DNA of 64,000 nucleotides from Myxococcota bacterium. GTDB taxonomy: Bacteria > Myxococcota_A > UBA9160 > JAFDDA01. The stretch spans positions 480,001-544,000 of the forward strand of contig OZ245817.1 of assembly GCA_965228475.1 (NCBI GenBank), read 5' to 3'. Numbering within the stretch: position 1 is the first letter of the stretch; every line of letters begins with the position of its first letter. Below are positions 18,341-28,667 of this stretch, one piece after another. The notes under the pieces are model-generated. The model was given only the letters and a program-made list of their open reading frames with translations. It searched no databases and had not been told where the DNA came from. The translations under genes were made by a program, and so were the position numbers.

Positions 18341-19129
18341 ATGAGGAAGCGACTTGCCGTAGTGGCCATGGCCGCCGTCTTCGCGACGGGGCTCGGGTGT
18401 GATTCAGGGGTGGACCCGCAGGCGGGGCTCTGGGACGAGCTCGGCCTCCAGCTGCCGGCCGACGTGCCGCTCGATGCCCTCGACCTCGACGCCGACGCGC
18501 TGTTCGAACTCATCAACCTGGGCGGCGGCGAGATCGACCTCGGCGGTCTCGGGGAGAACGTCCCCGGCGCGATCCAGGATCTGATCGCCGCAGAGCTGGG
18601 CGACGCCGTCGATCTCGGCGGGCTGCTCGGCACGGGCGACGTCGCCGGACTGATCAGCGAGCTCGAGTCGCTTCTCGATCTGCTCTCCTCCGGTCTCGGC
18701 GGGCTCTTCTCCTTCCTCTTCGACCCGCTGCTCGACTTCTTCGGGCTCGGCTCCCTCGGTGAGCTCGAGGATCTGCTGAACGACGTCCTCGACTCTTCGG
18801 GTCTCCTCGCCGGCCTGCCGGATCTGCAGGGCCTGCTCGACGAGCTGAACGGCTTGCCCGGCACGATCCCCGCCGGCCACGACCTCGAGTGCAGCCTCTC
18901 GGGTAGCGGCATCGCCTGCGACACGCTGACCCACGTGATCGACGTGACGCCCGCCGCCGACGCGGTGATCGATCTCAGCATCGACGTCACCGGCGTCTTC
19001 GCCGGCCCGACCAGCGTGACGCTCCACGTGACCGTCGACGCCGCCTGCACCGGCGCGGACTGCGCCGAGGTGCTCGGCCTGACCGGGCTGACCTTCCCGT
19101 TCACCTACTCGGTGATGGGCGGGATCTAG
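18341..19129 (+). CDS. Leu/Gly/Asp-rich hypothetical lipoprotein
   Basis: RBS AGGAGG; lipobox GLGC; low-complexity helical region followed by a small domain with two Cys pairs. Confidence 0.8.
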   Translation: MRKRLAVVAMAAVFATGLGCDSGVDPQAGLWDELGLQLPADVPLDALDLDADALFELINLGGGEIDLGGLGENVPGAIQDLIAAELGDAVDLGGLLGTGDVAGLISELESLLDLLSSGLGGLFSFLFDPLLDFFGLGSLGELEDLLNDVLDSSGLLAGLPDLQGLLDELNGLPGTIPAGHDLECSLSGSGIACDTLTHVIDVTPAADAVIDLSIDVTGVFAGPTSVTLHVTVDAACTGADCAEVLGLTGLTFPFTYSVMGGI

Positions 19130-19155
19130 CGAAGCCGAGCTCGGCCGCGTTTCTC

Positions 19156-19189
19156 GACGCCCCGGCGCCGCACGGTGTCGGGGCGTTTG
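19156..19189 (+). terminator. Intrinsic terminator-like hairpin
   Basis: GACGCCCCGGCGCC...GGTGTCGGGGCGTT long stem just after the lipoprotein stop. Confidence 0.55.
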
Positions 19190-19233
19190 CGTTCGTCCTC
19201 GCTACGATCCGCTCGCACCGGAAGGGGGGCGGC

Positions 19234-20076
19234 ATGGACGGCGCTTCGGCGGAACGCATTCTCGAGCAGGTGATCGAACTCGGAACGACCTGGGGGCTCC
19301 AGGTCGTCGGCGGCATCGTGCTGCTCATCGTCGGGCGCATCGCGGCCTCGGCCCTGCGCGGCGCGGTGCGCAAGCGGCTCGAGCGGGCGGAGGCCGACGC
19401 CGCTCTCATCCCCTTCCTTTCTGGCCTCGTCTACTACGGCGTCATGGCTGCGGTGATCATCGCCGTGCTCGGGCTGTTCGGCATCCAGACGGCGTCGCTG
19501 ATCGCCGTGCTCGGTGCCGCCGGTCTCGCGGTGGGCCTCGCGCTGCAGGGCACGCTCTCGCACTTCGCCTCGGGCGTCATGCTGCTCGTCTTTCGCCCGT
19601 TCCGGCCGGGAGACTTCGTCGAGGCGGGCGGAACGTCGGGCTCGGTGCAGGAGATCGGTCTGTTCTCGACGGTCCTCCACACCGGCGACAACGTGAAGGT
19701 CATCGTCCCGAACTCCGCACTCTGGGGCGACATCATCAAGAACTACTCGGCGAACGACACGCGCCGCAACGACCTCGTCGTCGGAATCTCCTACGACGAC
19801 GACATCGGCCGCGCCAGCGAGGTGATCCGCGGCGTGCTCGCGGCCGATGCGCGGGTGCTCGCGGAGCCCGAAGCCGTCGTGGCGGTGGGCGAGCTCGCCG
19901 ATTCGTCGGTGAACCTGCTCGTCCGGCCTTGGTGCGCGAAGGAGGACTACTGGGCCCTGCGCTGGGATCTCACGCGCCGGCTGAAGGAGGAGCTCGAGGC
20001 CGCGGGCTGCTCGATCCCGTACCCGCAGCACGACGTCCACCTCGATCCGAGTTCGCCGGGCGCCCCCGCAGCCTAG
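19234..20076 (+). CDS. mscS: Small-conductance mechanosensitive channel
   Basis: AVLGAAGLAVGLALQGTLS..ASG..L..FRPF..GD, IVPNS, IPYPQ. Confidence 0.93.
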   Translation: MDGASAERILEQVIELGTTWGLQVVGGIVLLIVGRIAASALRGAVRKRLERAEADAALIPFLSGLVYYGVMAAVIIAVLGLFGIQTASLIAVLGAAGLAVGLALQGTLSHFASGVMLLVFRPFRPGDFVEAGGTSGSVQEIGLFSTVLHTGDNVKVIVPNSALWGDIIKNYSANDTRRNDLVVGISYDDDIGRASEVIRGVLAADARVLAEPEAVVAVGELADSSVNLLVRPWCAKEDYWALRWDLTRRLKEELEAAGCSIPYPQHDVHLDPSSPGAPAA

Positions 20077-20235
20077 GGCCGCAGCGTGGCCGCAGCAGCG
20101 AGCCGAGCCCGGCCGTTTCCGTCCCGCGCTGGGTTCCCATAGCGGGTTTCGTGCTTACGTTGCTTCTCGCGGCCGTCGGGATCGCGGAGCGCCTGAACGC
20201 GGGCTGAGGCCCGCAGGCGAGGGGAGGATCGGCTC

Positions 20236-20607
20236 ATGGTGTACGTCGCACTCGTTCTGGCCAGCGGGGTCGCCCTGTTGGGGGTGCTCGGCCTGGTCTC
20301 CCCGGTCCGGCTGCTCGGACTCTTCCGCCGGATCGAAACGCCCGGCGCACTCTACGCCGTTGCCGGCTTCCGTCTCCTGATGGGCGCCTCGCTCCTCCTC
20401 GCGGCGCCGGTCTCGAAGGCGCCGAACGGCGTCTTGGCGATCGGCGTGGTCGCGATCCTGTCCGGGCTCTTCACGTTCGGGTTCGGCGTGGATCGGACGC
20501 GCCGGTGGATCGACTGGTGGGCAGCGAAGCCGACGAGCTGGATCCGCGCCTGGGGCGCCGCCGCGCTCGCGATCGGTCTGCTTCTCGTGTGGGTTCTCTT
20601 GCCCTGA
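20236..20607 (+). CDS. Small four-TM membrane protein
   Basis: RBS GGAGG; four hydrophobic segments. Confidence 0.7.
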   Translation: MVYVALVLASGVALLGVLGLVSPVRLLGLFRRIETPGALYAVAGFRLLMGASLLLAAPVSKAPNGVLAIGVVAILSGLFTFGFGVDRTRRWIDWWAAKPTSWIRAWGAAALAIGLLLVWVLLP

Positions 20608-20642
20608 GGGCACCCCGGCGGCCCGGCCTGGCACCGATGCGG

Positions 20643-21662
20643 TCAGCTGCGGTCGGGAAACCGCGAGAGCCCCGCGAATTCCACGAACTCCGTCATGGAT
20701 GACCACAGGTGGTCGCCATAGTGAAAGGGTTCGAAGGGCTTCGCCCCGGCGATCGGCATCGGCGCGATCTCCGCATCGACCCGTGGTTCGTAGAAGAATG
20801 GAATCGAGTGGCGGGCGCGGTCGTTCCCGAGCACGCGATGCTCGGTGGCCCGGATCCGGCCCCCGCTCCAGCGTTCGAGCAGCTTGCCGAAGTTTACGAC
20901 GAGGGCGTCGTCGCGCGGTGAGACGTCGATCCAGTCACCCGCCGAAGAGCGGGCTTGCAGCCCGCCAACCGTGTCCTGCTGGAGGAGCGTCACGAGACCC
21001 GAATCGACGTGCTCACCTCCCATGTCGTAGCGGCGCGCTCCGCGGGTGGAGTCGACCAGGCGGGGCGTCCACCCGTGTGCGTCGGCGACCTCGGGCCAGG
21101 GCGGATACTCGATGATCCGCAGCGTCGAGTTCCCGTCGCGAAACGCCTCGTCGAACCACGCGTCGGGGAGGCCGAGCCCACGTGCCAGCGAACGCATGAG
21201 CGCACGGCCCACGCCCTCGAGCGAAGTGAACGCGCGGCGGACGCCGGCGCGCCAACCCGGGAGGATCGTTTCGTCCGGGAACGGTGTCGGCTCCGTGAGG
21301 GCATCCGGGCCGAGGGCTGCCACGGCCGGCGGCACCGGGTCCGGGCCGAGATCCACGCCTTCCTTGATGACGCCGGATTCGAGGGGGAAGTAGCCGCGGT
21401 AGACGTTCGGGTTCTCGGGAGCGGCGTTGCGTCGCCAGAGCCGGCGCTGGGTATGCGACGGCATCGAGAAGATGCGGAGCAGCTCGGTGCGGGCGGTGGA
21501 GCCGAGTGGGACGTCGCTCGGGAGGCCCGTGAGGACGAGGAACCCAACCTTCCCCGCGCTTCGTTGGATGGATTCGTCGACGCGTTGGCGCTCTGGGGAG
21601 TCAGGCCCGAACAGGGGAGCCACGTCGAGGGTCGGGATCTCCGCGCCTTCGTTCGGCTTCAT
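20643..21662 (-). CDS. Isopenicillin N synthase-family 2OG-Fe(II) oxygenase
   Basis: ATG 21662 overlaps xylA stop; IPTLDV, YRGY, HVDSG (HxD), EHRV, RHS (RxS) motifs. Confidence 0.9.
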   Translation of the reverse strand: MKPNEGAEIPTLDVAPLFGPDSPERQRVDESIQRSAGKVGFLVLTGLPSDVPLGSTARTELLRIFSMPSHTQRRLWRRNAAPENPNVYRGYFPLESGVIKEGVDLGPDPVPPAVAALGPDALTEPTPFPDETILPGWRAGVRRAFTSLEGVGRALMRSLARGLGLPDAWFDEAFRDGNSTLRIIEYPPWPEVADAHGWTPRLVDSTRGARRYDMGGEHVDSGLVTLLQQDTVGGLQARSSAGDWIDVSPRDDALVVNFGKLLERWSGGRIRATEHRVLGNDRARHSIPFFYEPRVDAEIAPMPIAGAKPFEPFHYGDHLWSSMTEFVEFAGLSRFPDRS

Positions 21663-22993
21663 CGGCGACTCCGTTCGATCCCGTTGCGGACGAGGTTCTC
21701 GAGCCTCTCCTGGCGGCCGGAGACCGGGCGGGGGTCGTCCTTCGAGGCGAGGGTGCGATCGTAGAGGCCGGCGAGATCGAGCCGCCCCTCGAGGACGTCG
21801 CGCCCGAAGGGTTCGGACCAGCCCGCATAGCGCTGCTCGCGTGCGCTCTCGAGCTGCCCTTCTTCGAGCAGGTGCGCGGCGGCGACGAGCGCGCGCGCCA
21901 GCGTGTCCATCCCGCCCACGTGGGCGTGGAAGAGGTCGATCGGGTCGAGGCTCTGGCGGCGAAGTTTGGCGTCGAAGTTGAAGCCGCCGGTGTCGAACCC
22001 GCCCCCGCGCAGGATTTCGTAGAGCGCGAGGGTCATCTCCTCGACGCTGTTCGGGAACTGGTCCGTGTCCCAGCCGTTCTGGGGGTCGCCGCGGTTCGCG
22101 TCGACGCTGCCGAAGATGCCGTTTGCCACCGCGTAGGCGATTTCGTGCTGGAAGCTGTGGCCGGCGAGGGTGGCGTGGTTCACCTCGATGTTGACCTTGA
22201 TCTCCTTCTCGAGCCCGAAGCGCTGGAGGAACGCCAGGACGTGGGCCGAATCGTGGTCGTACTGGTGCTTCGTGGGTTCGTGCGGCTTCGGCTCGATCAG
22301 GATCGTCCCGCCGAAACCGATGCGATGCTTGTGCTCGACCACGAGCTGCATGAAACGGCCGAGCTGCTCCGCCTCCTGGCCGAGGTCGGTGTTCAGCAGG
22401 GTCTCGTAGCCTTCGCGCCCACCCCAGAGAACGTAGTTCGCACCGTCGAGCCGATGGGTGAGTTCGAGGCAGTGCTTCACCTGGGCGGCGGCGTGGGCGA
22501 AGACCTCGGGATCCGGGTTGGTGGCCGCACCGGCGGCGAAGCGGCGATGGCCGAAGAGGTTGGCCGTTCCCCAGAGGAGCCGGACGCCGGTTTCTTCCAT
22601 GCGCCGTTCGATCCGTTCCGCGATGCGGTCGAGCCGCGCGCAGCTTTCGCGGAACGTGGCGGCTTCGGGCGCGACGTCGCGGTCGTGGAAGCAGAAGAAG
22701 GGGACGCCGAGCTTCGCGAAGAACTCGAAGGCGACGTCGGTCTTGTGCTCGGCCAGGGCCATGGCGTCGCCGTCGTCCGCGAGCCAGGGGCGTTCGAAGG
22801 TGCCCTCGCCGAAGACGTCGCTGCCCGGCCAGCAGAACGTGTGCCAGTAGCAGACGGCGAAGCGCAGGTGCTCCGCGAGGGTCTTGCCCGCGACGACGCG
22901 GCCGGCGTCGTAGTGGCGGAAGGAGAGTTCGCTCTCTGCGGCCGGGCCTTCGTATCGGACGGCATCGACTTCGGGGAAGATGGGCTTGCTCAT
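21659..22993 (-). CDS. xylA: Xylose isomerase (class II)
   Basis: [45 protein letters not shown]. Confidence 0.97.
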   Translation of the reverse strand: MSKPIFPEVDAVRYEGPAAESELSFRHYDAGRVVAGKTLAEHLRFAVCYWHTFCWPGSDVFGEGTFERPWLADDGDAMALAEHKTDVAFEFFAKLGVPFFCFHDRDVAPEAATFRESCARLDRIAERIERRMEETGVRLLWGTANLFGHRRFAAGAATNPDPEVFAHAAAQVKHCLELTHRLDGANYVLWGGREGYETLLNTDLGQEAEQLGRFMQLVVEHKHRIGFGGTILIEPKPHEPTKHQYDHDSAHVLAFLQRFGLEKEIKVNIEVNHATLAGHSFQHEIAYAVANGIFGSVDANRGDPQNGWDTDQFPNSVEEMTLALYEILRGGGFDTGGFNFDAKLRRQSLDPIDLFHAHVGGMDTLARALVAAAHLLEEGQLESAREQRYAGWSEPFGRDVLEGRLDLAGLYDRTLASKDDPRPVSGRQERLENLVRNGIERSRR

Positions 22994-24474
22994 GTTCGGG
23001 GCTCCTCGGAAGCGCTGGCTCGGAAGGTCGGACGCAGGGCGGTGTAGAGCGCCCGGAAACGCTCGAGCCGGGCGGCGTAGTGGGCGACGAGAGCGGGCTC
23101 GGGTTCCACCCGGAAGGCCTCGGGGAGCTCGGGGCACGCCTCGGCCGCGGATGCTCCGGTCGCACCCATGCGGGCGAGCCGCGCCGCGCCGCGGGCGGGG
23201 CCGACTTCGCCGCCCTGCCGGTAGACGAGCGGGCGTTCGAGGACGCTCGCGAGGATCTCTCCCCAGAGCCGGCTGCGCGCGCCGCCGCCGATCACCGAGA
23301 CGTCTTCGATGGTGCTCCCAGCGTCGCGAAGCGCCGCTTCGGCGTCCGCGAAGGCGAAGGCCACGCCCTCGAGGACGGCGCGTCCGAGCTCGCCGCGGCC
23401 CGTCGTGGGGTCGAGCCCGACGAAGACGCCCGTCGCGTCCGGGTCGTTGTGGGGCGTGCGCTCTCCCGAGAGGTAGGGGAGGAAGAGCAGCCGCTCGCTC
23501 GGTTCCGTCTCCGCAGCGATTTCTTCGAGCAGCGCCGCCTCGTCGCGCGCGCCCGTCGCGCGTGTGATCCAGGTGAGGCAGCTCGCGGCCGCGAGCAGGA
23601 CGGACATCTGGTGCCACGCCCCGGGCAGCGCGTGACAGAACGCGTGGACCGCGCGTTCGGGGTTCGGCCGGAATCGGTCTCCCGCGACGAAGTAGACCCC
23701 CGAAGTGCCGAGGGAGATCAGCGCGCGGCCCGGCACGACGACCCCCGCACCGACGGCACCCGCCGCCTGGTCCCCGCCTCCGGCGACGACCGGGACGGGC
23801 TCGCAGCCCCACTCGCGTGCGACCTCGGCGCGGAGCTGGCCCGTGGGTTCGGGCCCTTCGTGCAGCGTCGGCATCGCGCGCTCGTCGAGCCCGCACGCCG
23901 CGAGCATCGTCGCGGACCAGCGGCGGGCCGCGACGTCGAGCCAGAGCGTCCCCGAGGCGTCCGAGACGTCGGTGGCGGCGTCGCCGGTCAGGCGGAGACG
24001 CAGGTAATCCTTCGGCAGCAGGACCCGAGCGACGCGCGCGAAGATCTCGGGCTCGTGGCGGCGGACCCAGGCGAGCTTCGGCGCCGTGAAGCCTGGCATG
24101 GCGAGGTTGCCGGTGATGCGGCGCAGCTCCGGAACTTCGCGTTCGAGCGTTTCGCACTCCGCGGCGCTGCGGCCGTCGTTCCAGAGGATCGCCGGGCGAA
24201 GGGGGCGGCCGGCTTCGTCGAGCAGCGTCGCGCCGTGCATCTGGCCCGAGAGGCCGATCGCGCGGAGGCCCTGCAGCCCGCCGCTTCGTTCGGCCGCGAG
24301 CGTGCGGACGGCCGTGTCTGCCGCATGCCACCAGGCCTCCGGGTCCTGCTCGGACCAGAGCGGGCGAGGACGGCTGACGTCGAGGGGAGCGGAGGCTTCG
24401 CCGAGCACCCCATCCGCTTCGTCGAGGAGCAGTGCCTTCACGGCCGACGTCCCGAGGTCGATGCCTAGGAACAC
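22990..24474 (-). CDS. xylB: Xylulokinase
   Basis: [38 protein letters not shown]; next to xylA. Confidence 0.95.
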   Translation of the reverse strand: MFLGIDLGTSAVKALLLDEADGVLGEASAPLDVSRPRPLWSEQDPEAWWHAADTAVRTLAAERSGGLQGLRAIGLSGQMHGATLLDEAGRPLRPAILWNDGRSAAECETLEREVPELRRITGNLAMPGFTAPKLAWVRRHEPEIFARVARVLLPKDYLRLRLTGDAATDVSDASGTLWLDVAARRWSATMLAACGLDERAMPTLHEGPEPTGQLRAEVAREWGCEPVPVVAGGGDQAAGAVGAGVVVPGRALISLGTSGVYFVAGDRFRPNPERAVHAFCHALPGAWHQMSVLLAAASCLTWITRATGARDEAALLEEIAAETEPSERLLFLPYLSGERTPHNDPDATGVFVGLDPTTGRGELGRAVLEGVAFAFADAEAALRDAGSTIEDVSVIGGGARSRLWGEILASVLERPLVYRQGGEVGPARGAARLARMGATGASAAEACPELPEAFRVEPEPALVAHYAARLERFRALYTALRPTFRASASEEPRT

Positions 24475-25475
24475 GGTGGGCCCGTCGAGGCGCGCTCGAC
24501 CAACGAGGTCGGGAGCGTGGCGTGGGCCTCGGACGGTTCGTTCCCGTCGAGGGCGCCGATGAGCGTGCGGACGGCGAGGGCGGCGATCGCTTCCGTCGGT
24601 TGATGCACCGTCGTGAGCGGCGGCCACACCTGGTGGGCGAGGGCGACGTCGTCGAAGCCGGCGACCGAAATCCCGTCGGGGACGCGGACGCCGTGTTCGT
24701 GACAGGCCGAAAGGACGCCGGCGGCCATGTCGTCGTTGCTCGCGAAGATCGCGGTGGGGCGCCGCTCGAGGGCGAGGACCCGGCGGCCGATCTCGACGCC
24801 CGATTCGAAGGAGAAGTCACCGCGGAAGACGTGGTCCGAGCGCCAGCGGACGCCGGCCCCGGCGAGGGCTTCGCGGAATCCCTCCAGGCGATCCTGGCTC
24901 GAGCGCTGCTCGGCGCCGCCGGCAATGAAGGCGATCCGCCGATGCCCGAGCGCCACGAGGTGCTCTCCCATCTCGCGGGCGCCGCGGCGATCGTCGGCAC
25001 TGACCGTGGGTCGGGGCCCGACGCGCCGGGTCGGTGCGATCCGCACGTAGGGGGTCGAACGCTTCTCGAGCGTGCGAACGACCGGCTCGAAGTCGCCGCA
25101 GGGCGGGGTGAGGACCAGCCCGTCCACGCTGCCCTGGCCGACGGTCTGGCCGAGGAGCGCCCGGTCCTCCGGTTCCTCGACGTTGCTCGGGTGCATCAGG
25201 ATCTCGTAGCCGTGCCGGCGCGCTTCCTCGATGGCGCCCCGCTGGAAGTCGCTCAGCCAGTTCCAGCTCTTGTTCTGGTAGACGACACCCAGCACGAAGG
25301 AGCGTTGCCGAACGAGCCGGCGCGCCGCCACGCTCGGGACGTACCCGAGGGCCTGGACCGCGCGGTCGACCCGGGCGCGGGTGGCCTCGGTGACGCCCGG
25401 CTCGCCGTTCACGACCCGCGAGACGGTCTTGATCGAGACCCGGGCGCGGGTGGCGACGTCGCGGAGTGTTGCCAT
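24465..25475 (-). CDS. LacI-family transcriptional regulator of the xylose locus
   Basis: [39 protein letters not shown]. Confidence 0.95.
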   Translation of the reverse strand: MATLRDVATRARVSIKTVSRVVNGEPGVTEATRARVDRAVQALGYVPSVAARRLVRQRSFVLGVVYQNKSWNWLSDFQRGAIEEARRHGYEILMHPSNVEEPEDRALLGQTVGQGSVDGLVLTPPCGDFEPVVRTLEKRSTPYVRIAPTRRVGPRPTVSADDRRGAREMGEHLVALGHRRIAFIAGGAEQRSSQDRLEGFREALAGAGVRWRSDHVFRGDFSFESGVEIGRRVLALERRPTAIFASNDDMAAGVLSACHEHGVRVPDGISVAGFDDVALAHQVWPPLTTVHQPTEAIAALAVRTLIGALDGNEPSEAHATLPTSLVERASTGPPCS

Positions 25476-25487
25476 CGCGTTCAGGCT

Positions 25488-25503
25488 ATGACAACGTTGT
25501 CAT
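25488..25503. promoter_or_regulatory. LacI-family operator
   Basis: Perfect 16-bp palindrome ATGACAACGTTGTCAT with central CG, in the short gap between the divergent lacI-type and GH3 genes. Confidence 0.85.
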
Positions 25504-25536
25504 CATTGCAACCACGTATGGCGGGAGGCCGGGCCG

Positions 25537-27612
25537 ATGGCGGAACGAACGGAGGACGAGCAGGGCCGCGAGGCGCGGATCGAGAAGATCGTGGCCGAGC
25601 TCTCGCTCGACGAGAAGATCTTCATGCTCTCGGGCCACGGCTTCATGGACTCGGTGACGGGAGAAGGCGGACGCTACTGCGGCGAGCCACACCACATCGG
25701 CGCCGGAAACGAACGGCTCGGCGTTCCGAAGCTCTTCTTCCTCGACGGCCCGCGCGGCGTCGCCGCCGGCGAGTCCACCTGTTTTCCCGTTCCGATGGCG
25801 CGGGGTGCAAGCTTCGACGTCGACCTCGAGGAGCGCATCGGCCAGGCGATCGGCCGCGAGATGCGCGCCCACGGCGCCAATCTCTTTGGCGGCGTCTGCA
25901 TCAACCTGCTCCGGCACCCGGCCTGGGGGCGCGCCCAGGAGACCTACGGGGAGGATCCCCACCTGCTCGGAGAGATGGGCGCGGCCCTCGTGCGGGGCGT
26001 CCAGCGGCACGGCGTGGTGGCGACGCCGAAGCACTTCGCCGCCAACAGCATGGAGAACGCGCGTTTCACGGTGGACGTGAAGGCCGAGGAGCGGCCCCTC
26101 CGCGAGGTCTACCTGCCCCACTTCAAGCGCTGCATCGACGAGGGCGCGGGCGCCGTCATGTCGGCCTACAACCAGTTGAACGGAGCGTACTGTGGGCACA
26201 ACCCGGAGCTGCTGACGCGGATCCTGAAGGAGGAGTGGGGCTTCGACGGTTTCGTCTACTCCGACTTCGTGCTCGGCTGCCGCGGGGCCGATGCCTGTGC
26301 CGCCGGGCTCGACGTGGAGGCCCCCGACACGATCCAGTTCGGAGAGAAGCTCCGCCTGGCGGTCGACGACGGCGTCGTGCCGCTGGCAAGGATCGACGAC
26401 GCGGTGCGTCGCATCCTGCGGAGCCTCTTTCGAGCCCTCGAGACGCCCGCTCCCGAAACCTATGAGCCGAGCGTCGTCGCCTGCGCGGACCACGTCGCCC
26501 TGGCGCGCGAGGCGGCGCAGAAGAGCATCGTCCTGCTGAAGAACGAGAACGCACTCCCTTGGGACCCGGCCGCGGTGCGGCGTGTCCTCATCGTGGGCCG
26601 GCTCGCCGCCGAGCCGAATCTGGGCGACCACGGCTCGAGCCGGGTCTACCCGCCGCGGGTCTCGACACCGCTCGACGGCCTGCGCGCCGCCTGCCCGCCG
26701 GGCTGCGAGATCGTCCACGACGCGGGCGACGATCGCGAACGCGTGGCGCGCCTCGCGAGCGAAGCCGACGCCGTGCTGGTCGTCGCCGGCCACACGCACC
26801 TCGAGGAGGGCGAGTACATCCCCGCCCCGATGGCGGATCCGAACGACCCGACGCTGACGATCGGCGGGGACCGCCTCGATCTCACGCTCGGCAAGGCGCA
26901 GGACCAGCTCGTGCAGGCCGTCGCGGCCGCCAACGCGAAGACCGTCGTCGCCGTCATGGCGGGCTCCGCCGTGCTGATGGAGGCGTGGCGCGAGCAGGCC
27001 GCCGGGATCCTCCTGCTCTGGTACCCGGGGATGGAAGGGGGCGCCGCTCTGGCCGACGTCCTCTGGGGCGCGGTCGATCCCTCCGGGCGTCTGCCCTTCA
27101 CGATCCCGAAGCGCCCGGAGGACCTCCCGTACTTCGATCGGGATGCGGCCGAGATCGAGTACGACCTCTGGCACGGCTACACGAAGCTCGAGCGCGACGG
27201 CATCGAACCGGCCTTCCCCTTCGGCTTCGGGCTTTCCTACTCGAGCTTCGAGCTTGCGGGCGCCGAAGCCTTGGTCGAGGAGGAGACGCTTCGCGTGGGC
27301 GTCGACGTGAGAAACGCGGGCGCGCGCGACGCGGAGACCGTCGTCCAGGTCTACGCCGGCTGGGCGCAGCCCGACGCCGACCAGCCGCGAAAGCGGCTGT
27401 GCGGTTTCGGCCGGGTTGCCGTGGCGGGGAACGGCGCCCGTCGCGCCGAGATCGAGATCCCCTTGAAGCGGCTCGCCTGGTTCGATCCGGAGGCGAAGGC
27501 GTGGCGCCTCGGCGCCCGCGACTGGCGGCTCCACGTCGGCACCAGCAGCGCCGAGGGGCTCACCGTCCCCCTCGCCCTCGAAGAGCGCACCTGGTCGATT
27601 CGCGAGCGGTAG
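25537..27612 (+). CDS. GH3 beta-glucosidase/beta-xylosidase
   Basis: DGPRG, GRAQETYGEDP, KHFAAN, VMSAYN, YSDF nucleophile, FPFGFGLSY, Fn3-like tail. Confidence 0.95.
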   Translation: MAERTEDEQGREARIEKIVAELSLDEKIFMLSGHGFMDSVTGEGGRYCGEPHHIGAGNERLGVPKLFFLDGPRGVAAGESTCFPVPMARGASFDVDLEERIGQAIGREMRAHGANLFGGVCINLLRHPAWGRAQETYGEDPHLLGEMGAALVRGVQRHGVVATPKHFAANSMENARFTVDVKAEERPLREVYLPHFKRCIDEGAGAVMSAYNQLNGAYCGHNPELLTRILKEEWGFDGFVYSDFVLGCRGADACAAGLDVEAPDTIQFGEKLRLAVDDGVVPLARIDDAVRRILRSLFRALETPAPETYEPSVVACADHVALAREAAQKSIVLLKNENALPWDPAAVRRVLIVGRLAAEPNLGDHGSSRVYPPRVSTPLDGLRAACPPGCEIVHDAGDDRERVARLASEADAVLVVAGHTHLEEGEYIPAPMADPNDPTLTIGGDRLDLTLGKAQDQLVQAVAAANAKTVVAVMAGSAVLMEAWREQAAGILLLWYPGMEGGAALADVLWGAVDPSGRLPFTIPKRPEDLPYFDRDAAEIEYDLWHGYTKLERDGIEPAFPFGFGLSYSSFELAGAEALVEEETLRVGVDVRNAGARDAETVVQVYAGWAQPDADQPRKRLCGFGRVAVAGNGARRAEIEIPLKRLAWFDPEAKAWRLGARDWRLHVGTSSAEGLTVPLALEERTWSIRER

Positions 27613-27683
27613 GGCCATTTGCGCCCAGGCCGGCGAGCCACGATGCTCGGCCGTCTTCCTGCCTTCGGAGTTCGCCGCCGCCC

Positions 27684-28562
27684 GTGCCCCTCGAAACCCT
27701 CGGTCTCGTTCTGCTTTCCTCGCTGCTCCACGCCGCATGGACGGCGAGCATCAAGGGCAGCCGCGACCCGCTCGCCTTCAACCTGCTCCAGGCGGTGCCC
27801 TTCGTCCCGATCGTCGCGGGCATGCTCCTGGTGGTGGACCTCTCCGCCGTGCCCGCGCGCGCCTGGCAGATGTTCGCGGCCTCGTCGGTCGTTCACGCCG
27901 CCTACGTCTACTGGCTCTCGCGCGCGCTCGAGACCACGGACTTCTCCGTGGCCTATCCGATCATGCGCTCGACGCCGGCCTTCCTCCCGCTCGTCGCGGT
28001 CCCGCTGCTCGGCGAGCGCGTCTCGCTCGTCGGAGCGCTCGGGATCGGCGTGGTCGTCGCCGGCATGTGGCTCGTCCATACCCGCGGGAGCTTCCGCCTC
28101 GCGAACTTCGTCCAGCCGGGGACCGGTTTCGCCTACCTGGTCCTGCTCTCGACGGTGGCGTACTCGCTCACGGACAAGGCGGCCATGGTCGCGCTCACCG
28201 GGAACGGCTGGAGTCAGCCCGTGCCGGCTTCCCTCCTCTACTTCTATGGGATCGGCGTCGGCTACGCGGTCTGCATGGCCCCCTTCGCGCTGCGGCGCAC
28301 CTCGCTCCGGGATCTCGCGACGGTCGGCCGCCGCGAGTGGCGCGCCATCCTCGCGGCCGGCGCGGGGAGCGCCGCGAGCTACTCGCTCATCCTCGAAGCC
28401 TTCCGCTCCGCGCCGGCGAGCTACGTCGTGACGGTGCGCCAGGCGTCGGTGCTCTTCGCCGTCGCCATCGCCGCCTTCTGGTTCCGCGAAGCGCCGGGCC
28501 GCGCCCGGGTCGCCGGCGCCCTGCTGACCGTGCTGGGCGTGGCGCTGGTGTCACTCGCCTAG
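27684..28562 (+). CDS. EamA/DMT family transporter
   Basis: LLHAAW, DFSVAYPIMR, LLGER, ASYVV..RQ.SV; about 10 TM helices. Confidence 0.88.
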   Translation: MPLETLGLVLLSSLLHAAWTASIKGSRDPLAFNLLQAVPFVPIVAGMLLVVDLSAVPARAWQMFAASSVVHAAYVYWLSRALETTDFSVAYPIMRSTPAFLPLVAVPLLGERVSLVGALGIGVVVAGMWLVHTRGSFRLANFVQPGTGFAYLVLLSTVAYSLTDKAAMVALTGNGWSQPVPASLLYFYGIGVGYAVCMAPFALRRTSLRDLATVGRREWRAILAAGAGSAASYSLILEAFRSAPASYVVTVRQASVLFAVAIAAFWFREAPGRARVAGALLTVLGVALVSLA

Positions 28563-28667
28563 GCCTGTGCGAGGGGCGCCAGGGCCTCGCGCGAGCGTCT
28601 CCCTCGACAGTCGAGCGCGCCGTGGCGTAGGCTGGGAGCACGTTCCTCGATCCAGGTCGGAGTTCCC

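Noticed and set aside
20087..20207. Small membrane peptide (...RWVPIAGFVLTLLLAAVGIAERLNAG)
   Set aside because: It has a hydrophobic tail but no in-frame start codon or RBS after the mscS stop.
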